Of a stretch of 64,000 bases of DNA, positions 38,917-49,060 are shown one piece after another. The stretch lies in the IMG/VR virus record IMGVR_UViG_3300037225_000932, positions 64,001-128,000 of that record. The stretch is one strand, 5' to 3'. The notes below the pieces were generated by a model. The model saw nothing but the letters and a program-made list of their open reading frames with translations, did not search any database and had not been told where the DNA came from. The stretch is from a virus. Within the stretch, counting starts at the first letter, position 1; each line of letters opens with the position of its first letter. A program made the position numbers and the translations under genes.

Positions 38917-39510
38917 ATGAGTGAACATAAAATTGCTAATCAAAAAGTAGAGACAACAACAGGTAGTGAACCAATTAATTTAGGACCAGGCACTCCTAAT
39001 TTAGAAAAAGATGTTAATGGACAATATAAAGATTATTGGATTCTTTCTAAAGAAGAAAGACTTAAAGGTTTCATACAGCCAGTAAGAACAAAATATATAC
39101 ATCTTAAATGTGGTTGTGTAACTGTAATGGGATTAAAACTTTCAGAAACATATGCTCGAAATCCCATATTTTATGGTGCAACATTTTGTTCTAACTGTGG
39201 CGAACATTATCCGGTTGGAGAAAATGGAGAATTTGTATGGATAGAGCCTGATGGAAGAGAAATAGGACAAAAAGTTGGAACTTTTGGAGACAAAAAAGTA
39301 AATATTAAAATAAATGAAGAACCATTTCAGTTAGATCCGGTTACGCGAGCTTTTTACTTAAAAGCACTAGCAGATTGTGATGGACAATATCAACTTGTTA
39401 AATTACATAATACAAATCCAGAAAAAGATGAATGGTTTAAGGATCAAGATTTTGTATATATCAATGAGGGAGATGCCTTTTTGACCGTTCCACCTGCTAA
39501 TTTTTCATAG
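38917..39510 (+). CDS. Zn-binding phage domain fused to ubiquitin-like (multi-Ub-type) domain
   Basis: HLKC...CSNC; C-terminal IKINE...YQL...DE...D.V.I.EGDAFLTVPP beta-grasp pattern. Confidence 0.6.
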   Translation: MSEHKIANQKVETTTGSEPINLGPGTPNLEKDVNGQYKDYWILSKEERLKGFIQPVRTKYIHLKCGCVTVMGLKLSETYARNPIFYGATFCSNCGEHYPVGENGEFVWIEPDGREIGQKVGTFGDKKVNIKINEEPFQLDPVTRAFYLKALADCDGQYQLVKLHNTNPEKDEWFKDQDFVYINEGDAFLTVPPANFS

Positions 39511-39726
39511 ATCGGAAGTTATATCATCTTTGTATAATATAACTGGATCTGTATTTATATAAAATCTTATTAGATTTGGAGTTGAATTATTACTTCTAGC
39601 ATAGACTGTATAATATGCTCCATCTATAGTATTAAATCCTATTTTATGAATAGAAAATAAATTATAAGTTATACTACGAAGTATTTTTAATGTGCTTTTA
39701 TCTATTATGTCTGATACGTCGCCCAT
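39505..39726 (-). CDS. hypothetical protein
   Basis: 73-aa ORF, no recognisable motif. Confidence 0.5.
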   Translation of the reverse strand: MGDVSDIIDKSTLKILRSITYNLFSIHKIGFNTIDGAYYTVYARSNNSTPNLIRFYINTDPVILYKDDITSDL

Positions 39727-39787
39727 ATAATATATATTCTATAGCACATAGACGAAACCTCCCAGATTTTTTTATTTTTTGCCCTTT

Positions 39788-40804
39788 TTAGATATCTAAA
39801 AATCTATTCCATACTCTTTTAGCCATTTTATTATATCTGTATAAAGAAATATTATTTAATTTGTATGTTTTAAAAGATTTTGTGCTATAAGCAAAATATA
39901 ATTTATCCACTATACTTTCGGTAGAATTTGGACTAGCATAAAATAATGGACAAACCCAATTAACTTCTGGAGAAACTACTATGGGAATATTATTATCTAC
40001 AAAGTCTGCCGCAACAATATTAAAACTCTCAGTCAAACTGACCTGTAACCCTAAATCCATACTTTTTACTAGTGAAATAAAGTCTTTAAAATTCGTCCAA
40101 TCATGTTCTACTAATTCATCTTTAGTCCCTTCAAATAATGCTTTTAGGTTATGATAAACTTGATCTCCATTTTGTTCTTTTCTGTTGCTGTTAATATGAA
40201 ATCTTAGTTTTTTATTTATTAAATTAGCAAACTCAATAGCAGCAACAGCTTGAATGAGTTGGTTTTTCATCGGCCTTATAGCTCCAAAGCAACCTATATC
40301 TATTATATTATTTAGTTTATTTATATCTTGAACGGTATCACTTTTATAAGTGGGAAAATATATGTTAGGAAGATATTCTGTTTGTATTCCTAATATTTTA
40401 CTTATATCATCAGTGAATTCACGAGTATTAGGAGATAAAGAAAAAAGATAATTATCTTTGAATAGTTTTCCATATTCTATGATCCATTTAAAAGCAATAC
40501 CTTCATTAGCTAAAAATGGAATCTTACTATGTATTCTAACATTCCATTGTCTTCCTTCATGCCTTTTTAGAGATATTATCTCATATAGTTTTTCTGGAGT
40601 AACCCATAATGCTTCTATAATTACGTGAGAAGGATTATATGAAGTTACTTCTTTATCTATACCATTACCATCTGTAACTAAAACTACTTTTGATTCTACT
40701 CCAATAGAATTTAAATAATTTGATACGAAAGTGGCTGAATTTACGAGACCAAAAGAAATACCGTAAATGTTGTTTCGGTTTTTACAAATAAATAAAATTT
40801 TCAT
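39788..40804 (-). CDS. GT-B glycosyltransferase-like protein
   Basis: MKILFI, YLPN, GAIRPMKN, ESFNIVAAD..PIVVS. Confidence 0.75.
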   Translation of the reverse strand: MKILFICKNRNNIYGISFGLVNSATFVSNYLNSIGVESKVVLVTDGNGIDKEVTSYNPSHVIIEALWVTPEKLYEIISLKRHEGRQWNVRIHSKIPFLANEGIAFKWIIEYGKLFKDNYLFSLSPNTREFTDDISKILGIQTEYLPNIYFPTYKSDTVQDINKLNNIIDIGCFGAIRPMKNQLIQAVAAIEFANLINKKLRFHINSNRKEQNGDQVYHNLKALFEGTKDELVEHDWTNFKDFISLVKSMDLGLQVSLTESFNIVAADFVDNNIPIVVSPEVNWVCPLFYASPNSTESIVDKLYFAYSTKSFKTYKLNNISLYRYNKMAKRVWNRFLDI

Positions 40805-40926
40805 TTTTAGTGTCCTTGAAAATTTGACAACTATAATTAAATGGTATGATAACTTACAAATTCCCTTTGTTTATTTTGTGTTAATAACACTTATTTCTCT
40901 ATAAGGTCATAACTGAAGGGTTTTAT

Positions 40927-41700
40927 TTATATTTTTAAATTTATTCTTTTTTCTGATAATTTACAATAATTTTCTAATATATCACAACCAATAAAATTTC
41001 TATCTAAACTCAAAGATGCTACAGCAACAGTTCCTGATCCTAAAAAGGGATCAAGAACAACATCTCCTTTTTCTGTAGATATTTGTATTATCCATTCTAT
41101 AAATTCTTTTGATTTTATCGTGGGATGATATATTTCGTTTTTCTTTTGAAATACTGGATTTTCTGAAGACCAAGGATACTCTTCTCCAAACCAACAAGAA
41201 GGAAATCTTGTTTTAAATTCTGGAACAGGTTTTCTTCCTTTAGTGGGAATTACTCCTGCTTTTTTGTTTTTTAATAATTGTGTTTGTTTAAACTTAAATT
41301 TTCCTTTATGAGCAAAAATACACCAATCCGCATTGCTCTGAAAAGAACCATGTAAATCAGTTTTACCAGATGGTCTTTTTTGACAAATTAAAGGTTCTTT
41401 CATTGAAAATCCTGCTTTTTCTATTTCTTTAAAATGATGAGGATATTCGCTCCATCCTGTAAAAATAAATAAAGCAGAATTATCTTTAAGAACACGATAT
41501 GCTTCTTTTGCTAAAATATCATAGCTAAAACTTTTTTCGTCACCTACAATTTTATCATATATTTGTTTAGTATAGTTGTTTTGATAGTTTATTCCAAAAG
41601 GAGGATCAGTTATTAAAACATTTATTGAATTTGTTTCTATTTTTGATAATAACTCTAAATAATCACAATTATGAACTTTATTTAATATATTTTCGTTCAT
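40927..41700 (-). CDS. DNA N6-adenine/N4-cytosine methyltransferase (beta class)
   Basis: ITDPPF, HPTIK, VLDPFLGSGT. Confidence 0.9.
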   Translation of the reverse strand: MNENILNKVHNCDYLELLSKIETNSINVLITDPPFGINYQNNYTKQIYDKIVGDEKSFSYDILAKEAYRVLKDNSALFIFTGWSEYPHHFKEIEKAGFSMKEPLICQKRPSGKTDLHGSFQSNADWCIFAHKGKFKFKQTQLLKNKKAGVIPTKGRKPVPEFKTRFPSCWFGEEYPWSSENPVFQKKNEIYHPTIKSKEFIEWIIQISTEKGDVVLDPFLGSGTVAVASLSLDRNFIGCDILENYCKLSEKRINLKI

Positions 41701-41702
41701 TT

Positions 41703-42173
41703 TTACTCCATAAAAATAATAAAGAAATTATTGCCTTGACCTATTTCATGTAGAGCAAATGGCTTACAAAAATCGTAAACCATATCTATTTCTTTTTTGC
41801 CCAAAAAAAAAGAATTGTCAATTATTACACAATTAGTTCGTAATCCCCTAAATTTTAAAAGATTATCCTTACTAATATTTTTACATTTTACATCTTTTAT
41901 ATTTTCTTTTTCACAAAGAGAGTTGAAAATATTACAAGATATTTTATTGGGATATAAAACAATAGTGTTAGGATTGTTTTTAACCATTTTTACTATAGCA
42001 CTTGTATGTCCTGAGTGTCTTGAGCAGCAAAGCTTTATAGTGCTAATCTCTTTTAAATAAGATTTAATGCCTAAATTCGGAAGAGAGTTAAATTGACGAG
42101 ATTTTAATTGAAGGAATTCTGAAATTTTAATTAAATTAGATAGAGACTGATATAACAAAATGCCATAATCCAT
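41703..42173 (-). CDS. degenerate P-loop NTPase-like small protein
   Basis: RHSGHT and RGLRTNCVIID echo terminase/helicase Walker motifs without catalytic K/E. Confidence 0.5.
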   Translation of the reverse strand: MDYGILLYQSLSNLIKISEFLQLKSRQFNSLPNLGIKSYLKEISTIKLCCSRHSGHTSAIVKMVKNNPNTIVLYPNKISCNIFNSLCEKENIKDVKCKNISKDNLLKFRGLRTNCVIIDNSFFLGKKEIDMVYDFCKPFALHEIGQGNNFFIIFME

Positions 42174-42270
42174 AGGAACATCTCCTTTTTAAAGTTCTGA
42201 CTGGAACTAATTTATTATATCGGTAAGGTTCCGATAATACAATATTGAAATTCAAAAAAGGATATATAAA

Positions 42271-43251
42271 ATGAAAAAAGTTTTATGTTTAGACGGAGGA
42301 GGAACAAGAGGAATTATACTTTGTAATGTTCTTGATTATATTGAACAGAAAACTGGTAAACAAATACATGAATTATTTGATCTTATTGGCGGACCTTCTG
42401 TTGGAGGATTAGTTGCTGCTGGTATTACGTGTCCTGATCCAACTCAGCCTAGTCCAGCAAAACCTAGAAGCGCTAAAGATTTACAAGACCTTTTTATTAA
42501 AGAAAGTAGTAAAATATTTTCTACTTCTTTTTTTCATCGTATTAAAACTCTTTTTGGATTGACTGGATTATTATTTGATGGTATTGGAATGAAAGAAGTT
42601 TTAACTGAAACTTTTGGTAATATAAAACTTAGTGAAGTTCCTTCTAATTTAATGCTTCCTTCTTATGATGTAGATACAAATAATATAAATTTCTTTAAAA
42701 ATTTTCAAGCAAAACAAGATGATACTAAAGATTTTTTTATGAAAGATGTTGTTTCTTCTATTATAAGTATACCTGCTGTATTTTCTCCATCACGAATTAA
42801 GGATATAGCGCAGACTAGAGAATATCATTTAATAGATGGAGGAGTTATTACCTATAGTTTTAATATAGCATTATTATCAGAAGCTAAGAAATTGTTTCCT
42901 GGAGAAGAAATTTTGTTAGTTTCTATAGGAACTGGACAACCAATAATAAATGCTCCTTATTATAAATCAAGAAAATGGGGAATAATTAGATGGCTATTTC
43001 CTATAATGAAAATTATATTTTATAGTAACACATCAATTACTGATTATTATTTAAAATTACACATGCTACCACTTTCAATCGGTAAACCTTCTTATTATAG
43101 ATTACAAACAGTAACTCTGTCAAATGAAGAATCTTTTTCTTTATACGATTCAGGTGAAGCTGTTTTACTTGGCCTTGTTGCACGTTCTGATGCTTTTATT
43201 AAAGCAAATTCACAAAAAATAGATGAACTCTGCGAAATATTGAAGCTTTAA
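42271..43251 (+). CDS. patatin-like phospholipase
   Basis: LDGGGTRG, GPSVG, IDGG, VSIGTG. Confidence 0.9.
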   Translation: MKKVLCLDGGGTRGIILCNVLDYIEQKTGKQIHELFDLIGGPSVGGLVAAGITCPDPTQPSPAKPRSAKDLQDLFIKESSKIFSTSFFHRIKTLFGLTGLLFDGIGMKEVLTETFGNIKLSEVPSNLMLPSYDVDTNNINFFKNFQAKQDDTKDFFMKDVVSSIISIPAVFSPSRIKDIAQTREYHLIDGGVITYSFNIALLSEAKKLFPGEEILLVSIGTGQPIINAPYYKSRKWGIIRWLFPIMKIIFYSNTSITDYYLKLHMLPLSIGKPSYYRLQTVTLSNEESFSLYDSGEAVLLGLVARSDAFIKANSQKIDELCEILKL

Positions 43252-43269
43252 TTTTTTTGCGCGAAAAAA

Positions 43270-45015
43270 TTAAAGTAGTTTTTTTAGTAGGGATTTCGCT
43301 GTTTCTGGTATATGGGTTTGAGTTAAAGCCCAATTTATATAAGCACTATTGAAAATTAGATATTTAGTAGTCATACCTATATCTGAATATTCAAGATTTA
43401 TTGCTCCATCATATCCAATATTGTTTATTTTAGCATTTCCTAAAACGTTGCTAGGTATTTGGCTAAATAATAATTTCATTATTAATCCAGCTTTTAATCC
43501 TTTCATGGCTTTAAATCCAAGTTTTTCTGCCATTGAGGCTATATTTAAACTTACCAATCCCCATACTGGTTTACTTTCAGCTAGTAGCTCTTGTACTCCT
43601 TTAACTATTGATTTTGGATTTCCTGCTACTCCAACTAGTTTTAATAATCCTGATCTTTGAGGACGAACTGATACATATCCATTTTTATCACCATAAAAAA
43701 TCCAACCTGAAGCTTTGTCTAAAAACCTGTTTTTATCCCAAGCTTTCCCTGTTGCTTTTTCATATGAATTTCTAAATTGGTCATAAGCTTGATCTTGATC
43801 CATTTCTGAGAATTGTATAGCAGTAGCTAACTTTACTAATTGATACCAATTTAATGATATCTTAGGAGGACTTTGCTCTTGATAAATGTTATCTTGATAT
43901 CCATAAGGTTTTTTATCTTGTAATATATCACTTATATAAGAGGCTACATATGTAGATTGTTGTTTTATTCTATCTATTTGTTTGGTATGCTCTTGTAAGG
44001 AAATTAAACTTTGTGCTATTTTATAGATTATTGATCCCGGTAAAGAATTTATTATATATCCTGGAACAACATAAAAGAAATATCTTATGTCTAATGGATT
44101 ATTGCATTTTTCAAAGATCTCAGTTAATACGGCTAATGAGGATGGATTTATTGTTCTTAATACATTTGTATTGAAAGATATTGGATCTGATATTGTCGTT
44201 TGAACATATAGTTCTTTTATGATATTATGATAATGTTTTGTAAATTTATTTATTAAGCTCATAAAAACATATAGCATATTAACGTTTTCTGGTGCAAAAA
44301 AGTTTTTAGCTTGAGATTTTATATTTTCTATATTTTTATTTAATAATTCTTTAAGAAAAGGATCATTTGTGAAAAATGAATATATTTTCTCACCTATTTC
44401 AGTAGAAAAAGAAAAAATACTAGAAGTAATATATCTTTCACATTCTTTTTTTATCTTATTTATATTTTCTGGTGATAAATACGATTTTACTCTTTGTATA
44501 CAATCAAAAAATACGTCTTGTAAATAAATTATGCTGTTATTTTTATTTAATATTTCTTCATAAAAATTATTTATAAGAGATATTTTGGTTTTTTCATCTA
44601 AAAAAGAAAGTATATGTTCAAGGATGTTGCTTATTCTTGATAATTGTCTTATACTATCGTTCTCTTTTACAAGTTTTGTTAGCTTTTGTAAAATCTCTTC
44701 TTTAAAAGTATTGTCTTTAAATATATTTGATGTTTCATCTAAGTTTAATCTTCTTATGTGTTGAATGTCATAGTTAATAGCTCTTTTGTAGATTTGGAGT
44801 TTTTCTTCTTTTGATAGATTTAATCCACTTGGAAAACTAGAGTCTAAAGGAGTATAACTTTCATGGGTTACTATTTGATTAAAAATTATTTTCTTGTATT
44901 TTTCTATATACTCTGGAGGAACTTGATCTAATATTTCTTTTAAGAGATTTCCGTTAAAATAACGAAATAATTGATTAAAAAAAGTAGCCTCGGTGTCTTT
45001 TATGTTATCTATCAT
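43270..45015 (-). CDS. hypothetical helical protein with internal NWY..VKLA motif
   Basis: 581 aa; LNWYQLVKLATA precedes a distinct C-terminal domain. Confidence 0.7.
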   Translation of the reverse strand: MIDNIKDTEATFFNQLFRYFNGNLLKEILDQVPPEYIEKYKKIIFNQIVTHESYTPLDSSFPSGLNLSKEEKLQIYKRAINYDIQHIRRLNLDETSNIFKDNTFKEEILQKLTKLVKENDSIRQLSRISNILEHILSFLDEKTKISLINNFYEEILNKNNSIIYLQDVFFDCIQRVKSYLSPENINKIKKECERYITSSIFSFSTEIGEKIYSFFTNDPFLKELLNKNIENIKSQAKNFFAPENVNMLYVFMSLINKFTKHYHNIIKELYVQTTISDPISFNTNVLRTINPSSLAVLTEIFEKCNNPLDIRYFFYVVPGYIINSLPGSIIYKIAQSLISLQEHTKQIDRIKQQSTYVASYISDILQDKKPYGYQDNIYQEQSPPKISLNWYQLVKLATAIQFSEMDQDQAYDQFRNSYEKATGKAWDKNRFLDKASGWIFYGDKNGYVSVRPQRSGLLKLVGVAGNPKSIVKGVQELLAESKPVWGLVSLNIASMAEKLGFKAMKGLKAGLIMKLLFSQIPSNVLGNAKINNIGYDGAINLEYSDIGMTTKYLIFNSAYINWALTQTHIPETAKSLLKKLL

Positions 45016-45050
45016 ATATTTTATTACATTTATTATAATATCCTGTTCAA

Positions 45051-46367
45051 CTATGTTAATAGCTGTAGGAGAAACAGTAAAAAAAGCATTATATCATTTT
45101 TAGATAACAATCTTAATTGCTGATTTATGATATCTTTTACTAATAAAAGATCGTTGGAAGGTATAACATTTATCCTGTATGCTACAGAATAGTTATAGTT
45201 TCCGTTTAATAAATATTTAGTCCATAAGTCTTTTCTTTCATCTTCACTTAAAAGATTTTCGTATAATAAATCGTATTTTTCTACTTCCATTTGATATGAA
45301 CTTTTTAATACTGTTTTTATTATGTTATCTTTAATGATAGGAAATATTTTTTCTGTTATTTCTTTTGCTATATCTGGTGGTAATTGCTTTGTGCAATTAA
45401 ATATTTTATTAAATATAAAGAAGGTTGGAATATTGGTTACAATATTGAAAAAGGCTTTAATAATAGCGGCTTTTGTAATTTCTTTATTGTAATTTAGTAA
45501 CTTATTTATTTCTTTTTTTCCTATAAGATCAGCAATGTATGTGATATCAACTGTTAAGTTCTCTATTGCTAATATTTTGGCTTCTAATAATATGTCTTTT
45601 ATCTTTTTCTCGTTTTTTCTTTTTTCTAATACTTCTGGATCTTTATAGGCAAGATTTTTTAGTATTGTTATATTATTAGTATCAGCAACTGTTTTAATAT
45701 CGTTCCAAGTTTCAAAGTGTTGTTCTTCTTCTGGATATTTTCCTTCTGGTAATGGTAAACTTATAACTTCTCTAATATATTTTGCATTTAATAATAAATA
45801 TGTTGTGTATTCATCATTTTGTGCAGAATTGTTTATAAAAGATATGATTTTGTCTATTTTTTCCAAATCACTAATATTTTTATTATCAATTAGGTTAGAA
45901 ATTGTATTTGTTAAGTGAAATTCATTGTATGTGCCTTTTACTCCAAGCAATACGTCTTTAACTTCTGTTAACATATATAGAGGAATTTGTAAAACTAAAA
46001 TGATAGGTAATGATTTTAATTGACTAGCACTTCGATTAGCATAGTAGTTGGCATATGAAGAACTTGTGGTATAAAAAATTTGGTCTAAACCTTGACTTCT
46101 TTCTTCTCTTATACCACTATCCATTCTTGGATGCCCTTTTGTTCCAGTAGCACTAATTATATATCCATTTGATAGAATTTTATCATAAAGAGATTGACAG
46201 GTGCCATGAAATAAAGTCATTTTAACATCAAGGCTTTTTATGTAATTGTAAAATCTTATACCTGATTTTTTACGTTCTACATTAGTATATTTTCCCTGAC
46301 CAGGATTTTTTATGTATCTTTGGGGTTTCGCTATAGGAAAATCAGCTATTTTAGTATACCAATTCAT
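45051..46367 (-). CDS. ADP-ribosyltransferase-fold-like domain plus helical region, MNWY leader
   Basis: MNWYTKIA; TLFHGT, IFYTTSSSYANYYA, DEY. Confidence 0.6.
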   Translation of the reverse strand: MNWYTKIADFPIAKPQRYIKNPGQGKYTNVERKKSGIRFYNYIKSLDVKMTLFHGTCQSLYDKILSNGYIISATGTKGHPRMDSGIREERSQGLDQIFYTTSSSYANYYANRSASQLKSLPIILVLQIPLYMLTEVKDVLLGVKGTYNEFHLTNTISNLIDNKNISDLEKIDKIISFINNSAQNDEYTTYLLLNAKYIREVISLPLPEGKYPEEEQHFETWNDIKTVADTNNITILKNLAYKDPEVLEKRKNEKKIKDILLEAKILAIENLTVDITYIADLIGKKEINKLLNYNKEITKAAIIKAFFNIVTNIPTFFIFNKIFNCTKQLPPDIAKEITEKIFPIIKDNIIKTVLKSSYQMEVEKYDLLYENLLSEDERKDLWTKYLLNGNYNYSVAYRINVIPSNDLLLVKDIINQQLRLLSKNDIMLFLLFLLQLLT

Positions 46368-46808
46368 TTACATGTATATTCCAAAAATACTAGCTAAATT
46401 TCCATTAAGATAGAATATCGGACTAGCAACAAATTTTGCACTATACACACTTCCGTCTTTTTTGTAATTTTCAACTATGCCTATATATAACTTTCCTTTT
46501 CCTATTGTTTCTTTTAACTTTTTTGAATTGTTGATATCGTTATTTTTATGTCCTAATATTCTTACCTCCTGTCCAAGTAATTCTTCAGATGAATATCCTG
46601 ACATATCACATAATGCTTTATTTGCGAAAATTATTTTGGGATCATCTAAATCTGCTGATGTTATTACTATAGCATTTTCTGATTTCTCCATTTCTTGCTT
46701 GAGAAATTTTAAATAACTTGAAAATGCTTGAAAATTCAAAAATAAATTATTACTATATTCTTTATTATTTTCTTTTGAAAATAATTTCTTTAGTGTGTCC
46801 AATATCAT
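46368..46808 (-). CDS. stand-alone PAS domain protein
   Basis: IVIT..D..DPKIIFANKA...SGYS.EELLG...NYKKDGS; no LOV cysteine; GGAG RBS before 46808. Confidence 0.85.
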   Translation of the reverse strand: MILDTLKKLFSKENNKEYSNNLFLNFQAFSSYLKFLKQEMEKSENAIVITSADLDDPKIIFANKALCDMSGYSSEELLGQEVRILGHKNNDINNSKKLKETIGKGKLYIGIVENYKKDGSVYSAKFVASPIFYLNGNLASIFGIYM

Positions 46809-46827
46809 AATACTTTTTCTCCATTTT

Positions 46828-47064
46828 TTAATAAAGCGATTTGCCAAAATGTTCATCTAAAATTTTTTCTAAAACTGATAAGATTAGTTGCTTGCTTGCT
46901 TTTTGAGATAATAACTTTTTTTTACCATTTACTTCTATATCTGCTGGAACACTTAAATCTTCTCCTGGCTTCTGAAATGTCCCTAATAATCTTATTTTTA
47001 TATCCGTCACACTTGTTGGTCCCGCTTTTTTAATTAATGACTTTAATGAGAAAATTTCTTTCAT
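46828..47064 (-). CDS. hypothetical protein
   Basis: 78 aa; FSLKSLIKKAG leader-like motif. Confidence 0.6.
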   Translation of the reverse strand: MKEIFSLKSLIKKAGPTSVTDIKIRLLGTFQKPGEDLSVPADIEVNGKKKLLSQKASKQLILSVLEKILDEHFGKSLY

Positions 47065-47241
47065 TACCTTTTACTCCAGTTATATCCTTTTATTATTTAA
47101 CTATTTTGATGTTAATCCTTCTGCTTAGAATAAATATATTCCTATATTTTTTGTAATGGAAAAGCTTATAAGGTACCTCTTTTTAAGAAAAAATTTTATT
47201 ATGATAGAAAAAGTTTATAAGGTATCCCTTTTCTGTCGATA

Positions 47242-47799
47242 ATGTCTGATATGAGCTTAATAACTGATTTTTATATAAATAACGGAGAAGATAATAAAGG
47301 ACGGACTTTGAAGTCTATACTTGAAAAAAGTGATATTTATTTAGAAACATCACACGATATAATTCAATGGTTATTTCCTTTACACGAAAAATCATACCAT
47401 TCTATAAATAGCCCAGTTTTAACTAAAGAAGATGTGGAAATCCTTCAATCTTCTTTAATAGCAAAAGAAAATATGATATTATCACTTAGAAGATTTTGTA
47501 AATTTCTTGGTTTACTTCCTTATGACCAAAATAAAATAAGAGTATGGTGTAATAATGGAAATCATAATCTTCTTCGTATTACTCGTATAATTAGAAGTTT
47601 GAGGTTATTTGGAATAAATGATAAAACTATAATCTTTTACGAAGCTATTTCTAAATTGGCCAAAGAAAAAGGTATCTCAAATAATACTTTAGAATATTGG
47701 GAAAAAGCATATTTCGATGATGTTTGGAATTCAATGACAGACAAATTCCTTGAAGAAAAAGAAATAAAAATATTTTCTGTAGAATATTTTCAAAAATAA
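47242..47799 (+). CDS. OGFr-like domain protein
   Basis: LETSHDIIQWLFPL, NHNLLRITRIIRSLRLFG. Confidence 0.85.
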   Translation: MSDMSLITDFYINNGEDNKGRTLKSILEKSDIYLETSHDIIQWLFPLHEKSYHSINSPVLTKEDVEILQSSLIAKENMILSLRRFCKFLGLLPYDQNKIRVWCNNGNHNLLRITRIIRSLRLFGINDKTIIFYEAISKLAKEKGISNNTLEYWEKAYFDDVWNSMTDKFLEEKEIKIFSVEYFQK

Positions 47800-47946
47800 C
47801 TAAAAGATATCTCTTTTTGCGAAAAATTTTATTATGGAGCAAGAAGCCTTTAGGGTACCCTCTTTTTAAGAAAAAATATATTATAGGGAGAAATGTCTTA
47901 GGGTACCTCTTATAAAAGTGATTGTTAAAAATGGTAAAATATAAAA

Positions 47947-48489
47947 ATGACTGCTGGAAGAAACATAAAAAGTTTAAGTTCAGATTGGGGAACACCTTTA
48001 GAATATATCAATATTGTAAAAAATATATTTAATGGGAAAATATTTTTAGATCCCTGTTCAAATAAGTATTCTATCGTAAATGCTAAAGTGAGTTATTCTT
48101 TACCATTAAATGATGGATTAAAAGAAAATTGGAATTATCCAACTATCTATGTAAATCCTCCTTATGGTAGAGATTATGAAAGAAAAACTACTATTAAGGA
48201 TTGGTTAAATAAATGCACGAAAACACATCTTGAGTATAAATCAGAAATTATTGCTTTAATACCGGTTGCCACTAATACTAAACATTGGCAAAATAATATA
48301 TTTCTGTTTGCTATAAGTATATGCTTTTTAAAAGTGTCTAGATTAAAATTTCTACAAAATGGTAATCCTAACAATCAAGGTGCCCCAATGTCATGTGCTT
48401 TAATATATTGGGGAACTAGTCCTGAAAAATTTGAAGAAAATACTAAAAATGTTGGTAAGGTTTTTCATATAAATAAAAATATATTATAG
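47947..48489 (+). CDS. phage DNA N6-adenine methyltransferase (phage Dam-like)
   Basis: WGTP, LDPC, DGL..W, YVNPPY, RLKF. Confidence 0.85.
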   Translation: MTAGRNIKSLSSDWGTPLEYINIVKNIFNGKIFLDPCSNKYSIVNAKVSYSLPLNDGLKENWNYPTIYVNPPYGRDYERKTTIKDWLNKCTKTHLEYKSEIIALIPVATNTKHWQNNIFLFAISICFLKVSRLKFLQNGNPNNQGAPMSCALIYWGTSPEKFEENTKNVGKVFHINKNIL

Positions 48490-48920
48490 GGGAAAATCTC
48501 TTTAGGGTACCCCCTTAAACTATAAATCTATAATTAAATTGATATAAAAAGAGAGGTTGGAGATTAAAAAGGTCTAGGCTACCAGTATAAAGAGCGTTTT
48601 TGTATAGATAAGCATGGTAGGCGTATGGGGTGGCACATTACCCTGATTTTTTTAATAAATATGTAGCGCATATACCCTAGTCGAAATAAAGTGCCCCCAT
48701 CTCTCTCTTGATAGTGGGAGGTGGAGGACTTATGTATCTTGACTATTTCTTTTTAATTAAAGAGTAAGTGTTAGGAAGTTACATCCCAACCAAGCCTATA
48801 TCGAGAAGCTCTTACTCACCCCCGGAAGCCCGCGTCCCCCGATCTCAGCGTATGTTTCTTCTCATTCTCGGAAGCCCGCGTTTCTCATACTCTTTTAGAA
48901 CTTTATGCTCATTTTCGGGG

Positions 48921-49000
48921 AAAAACTCGACTATCAAACCTAAGCGTTTGATTTTAACCTCTCCGCATCGCTTTGACCGATTATCTCAGTCGCTTCCTTT
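48921..49000 (-). ncRNA. candidate small multibranch RNA
   Basis: ORF-less module; closing stem AAAACTC/GAGTTTT with GACTGA/TCGGTC and ATCAAAC/GTTTGAT hairpins. Confidence 0.45.
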
Positions 49001-49060
49001 GAGGAGTTGAGTTTTCTTTTACTCTCATTTAGAACTTATTTGTTCTTTTCAGGGAAAGTA

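Larger units (their letters stand above)
47161..48516. repeat. dispersed TTA(T)ARGGTAYC boxes in three related intergenic segments
   Basis: copies near 47166, 47215, 47849, 47898 and 48501. Confidence 0.75.

Noticed and set aside
41703-42173. Terminase large subunit
   Set aside because: Only 156 aa, Walker A Lys and Walker B Glu absent, no nuclease domain
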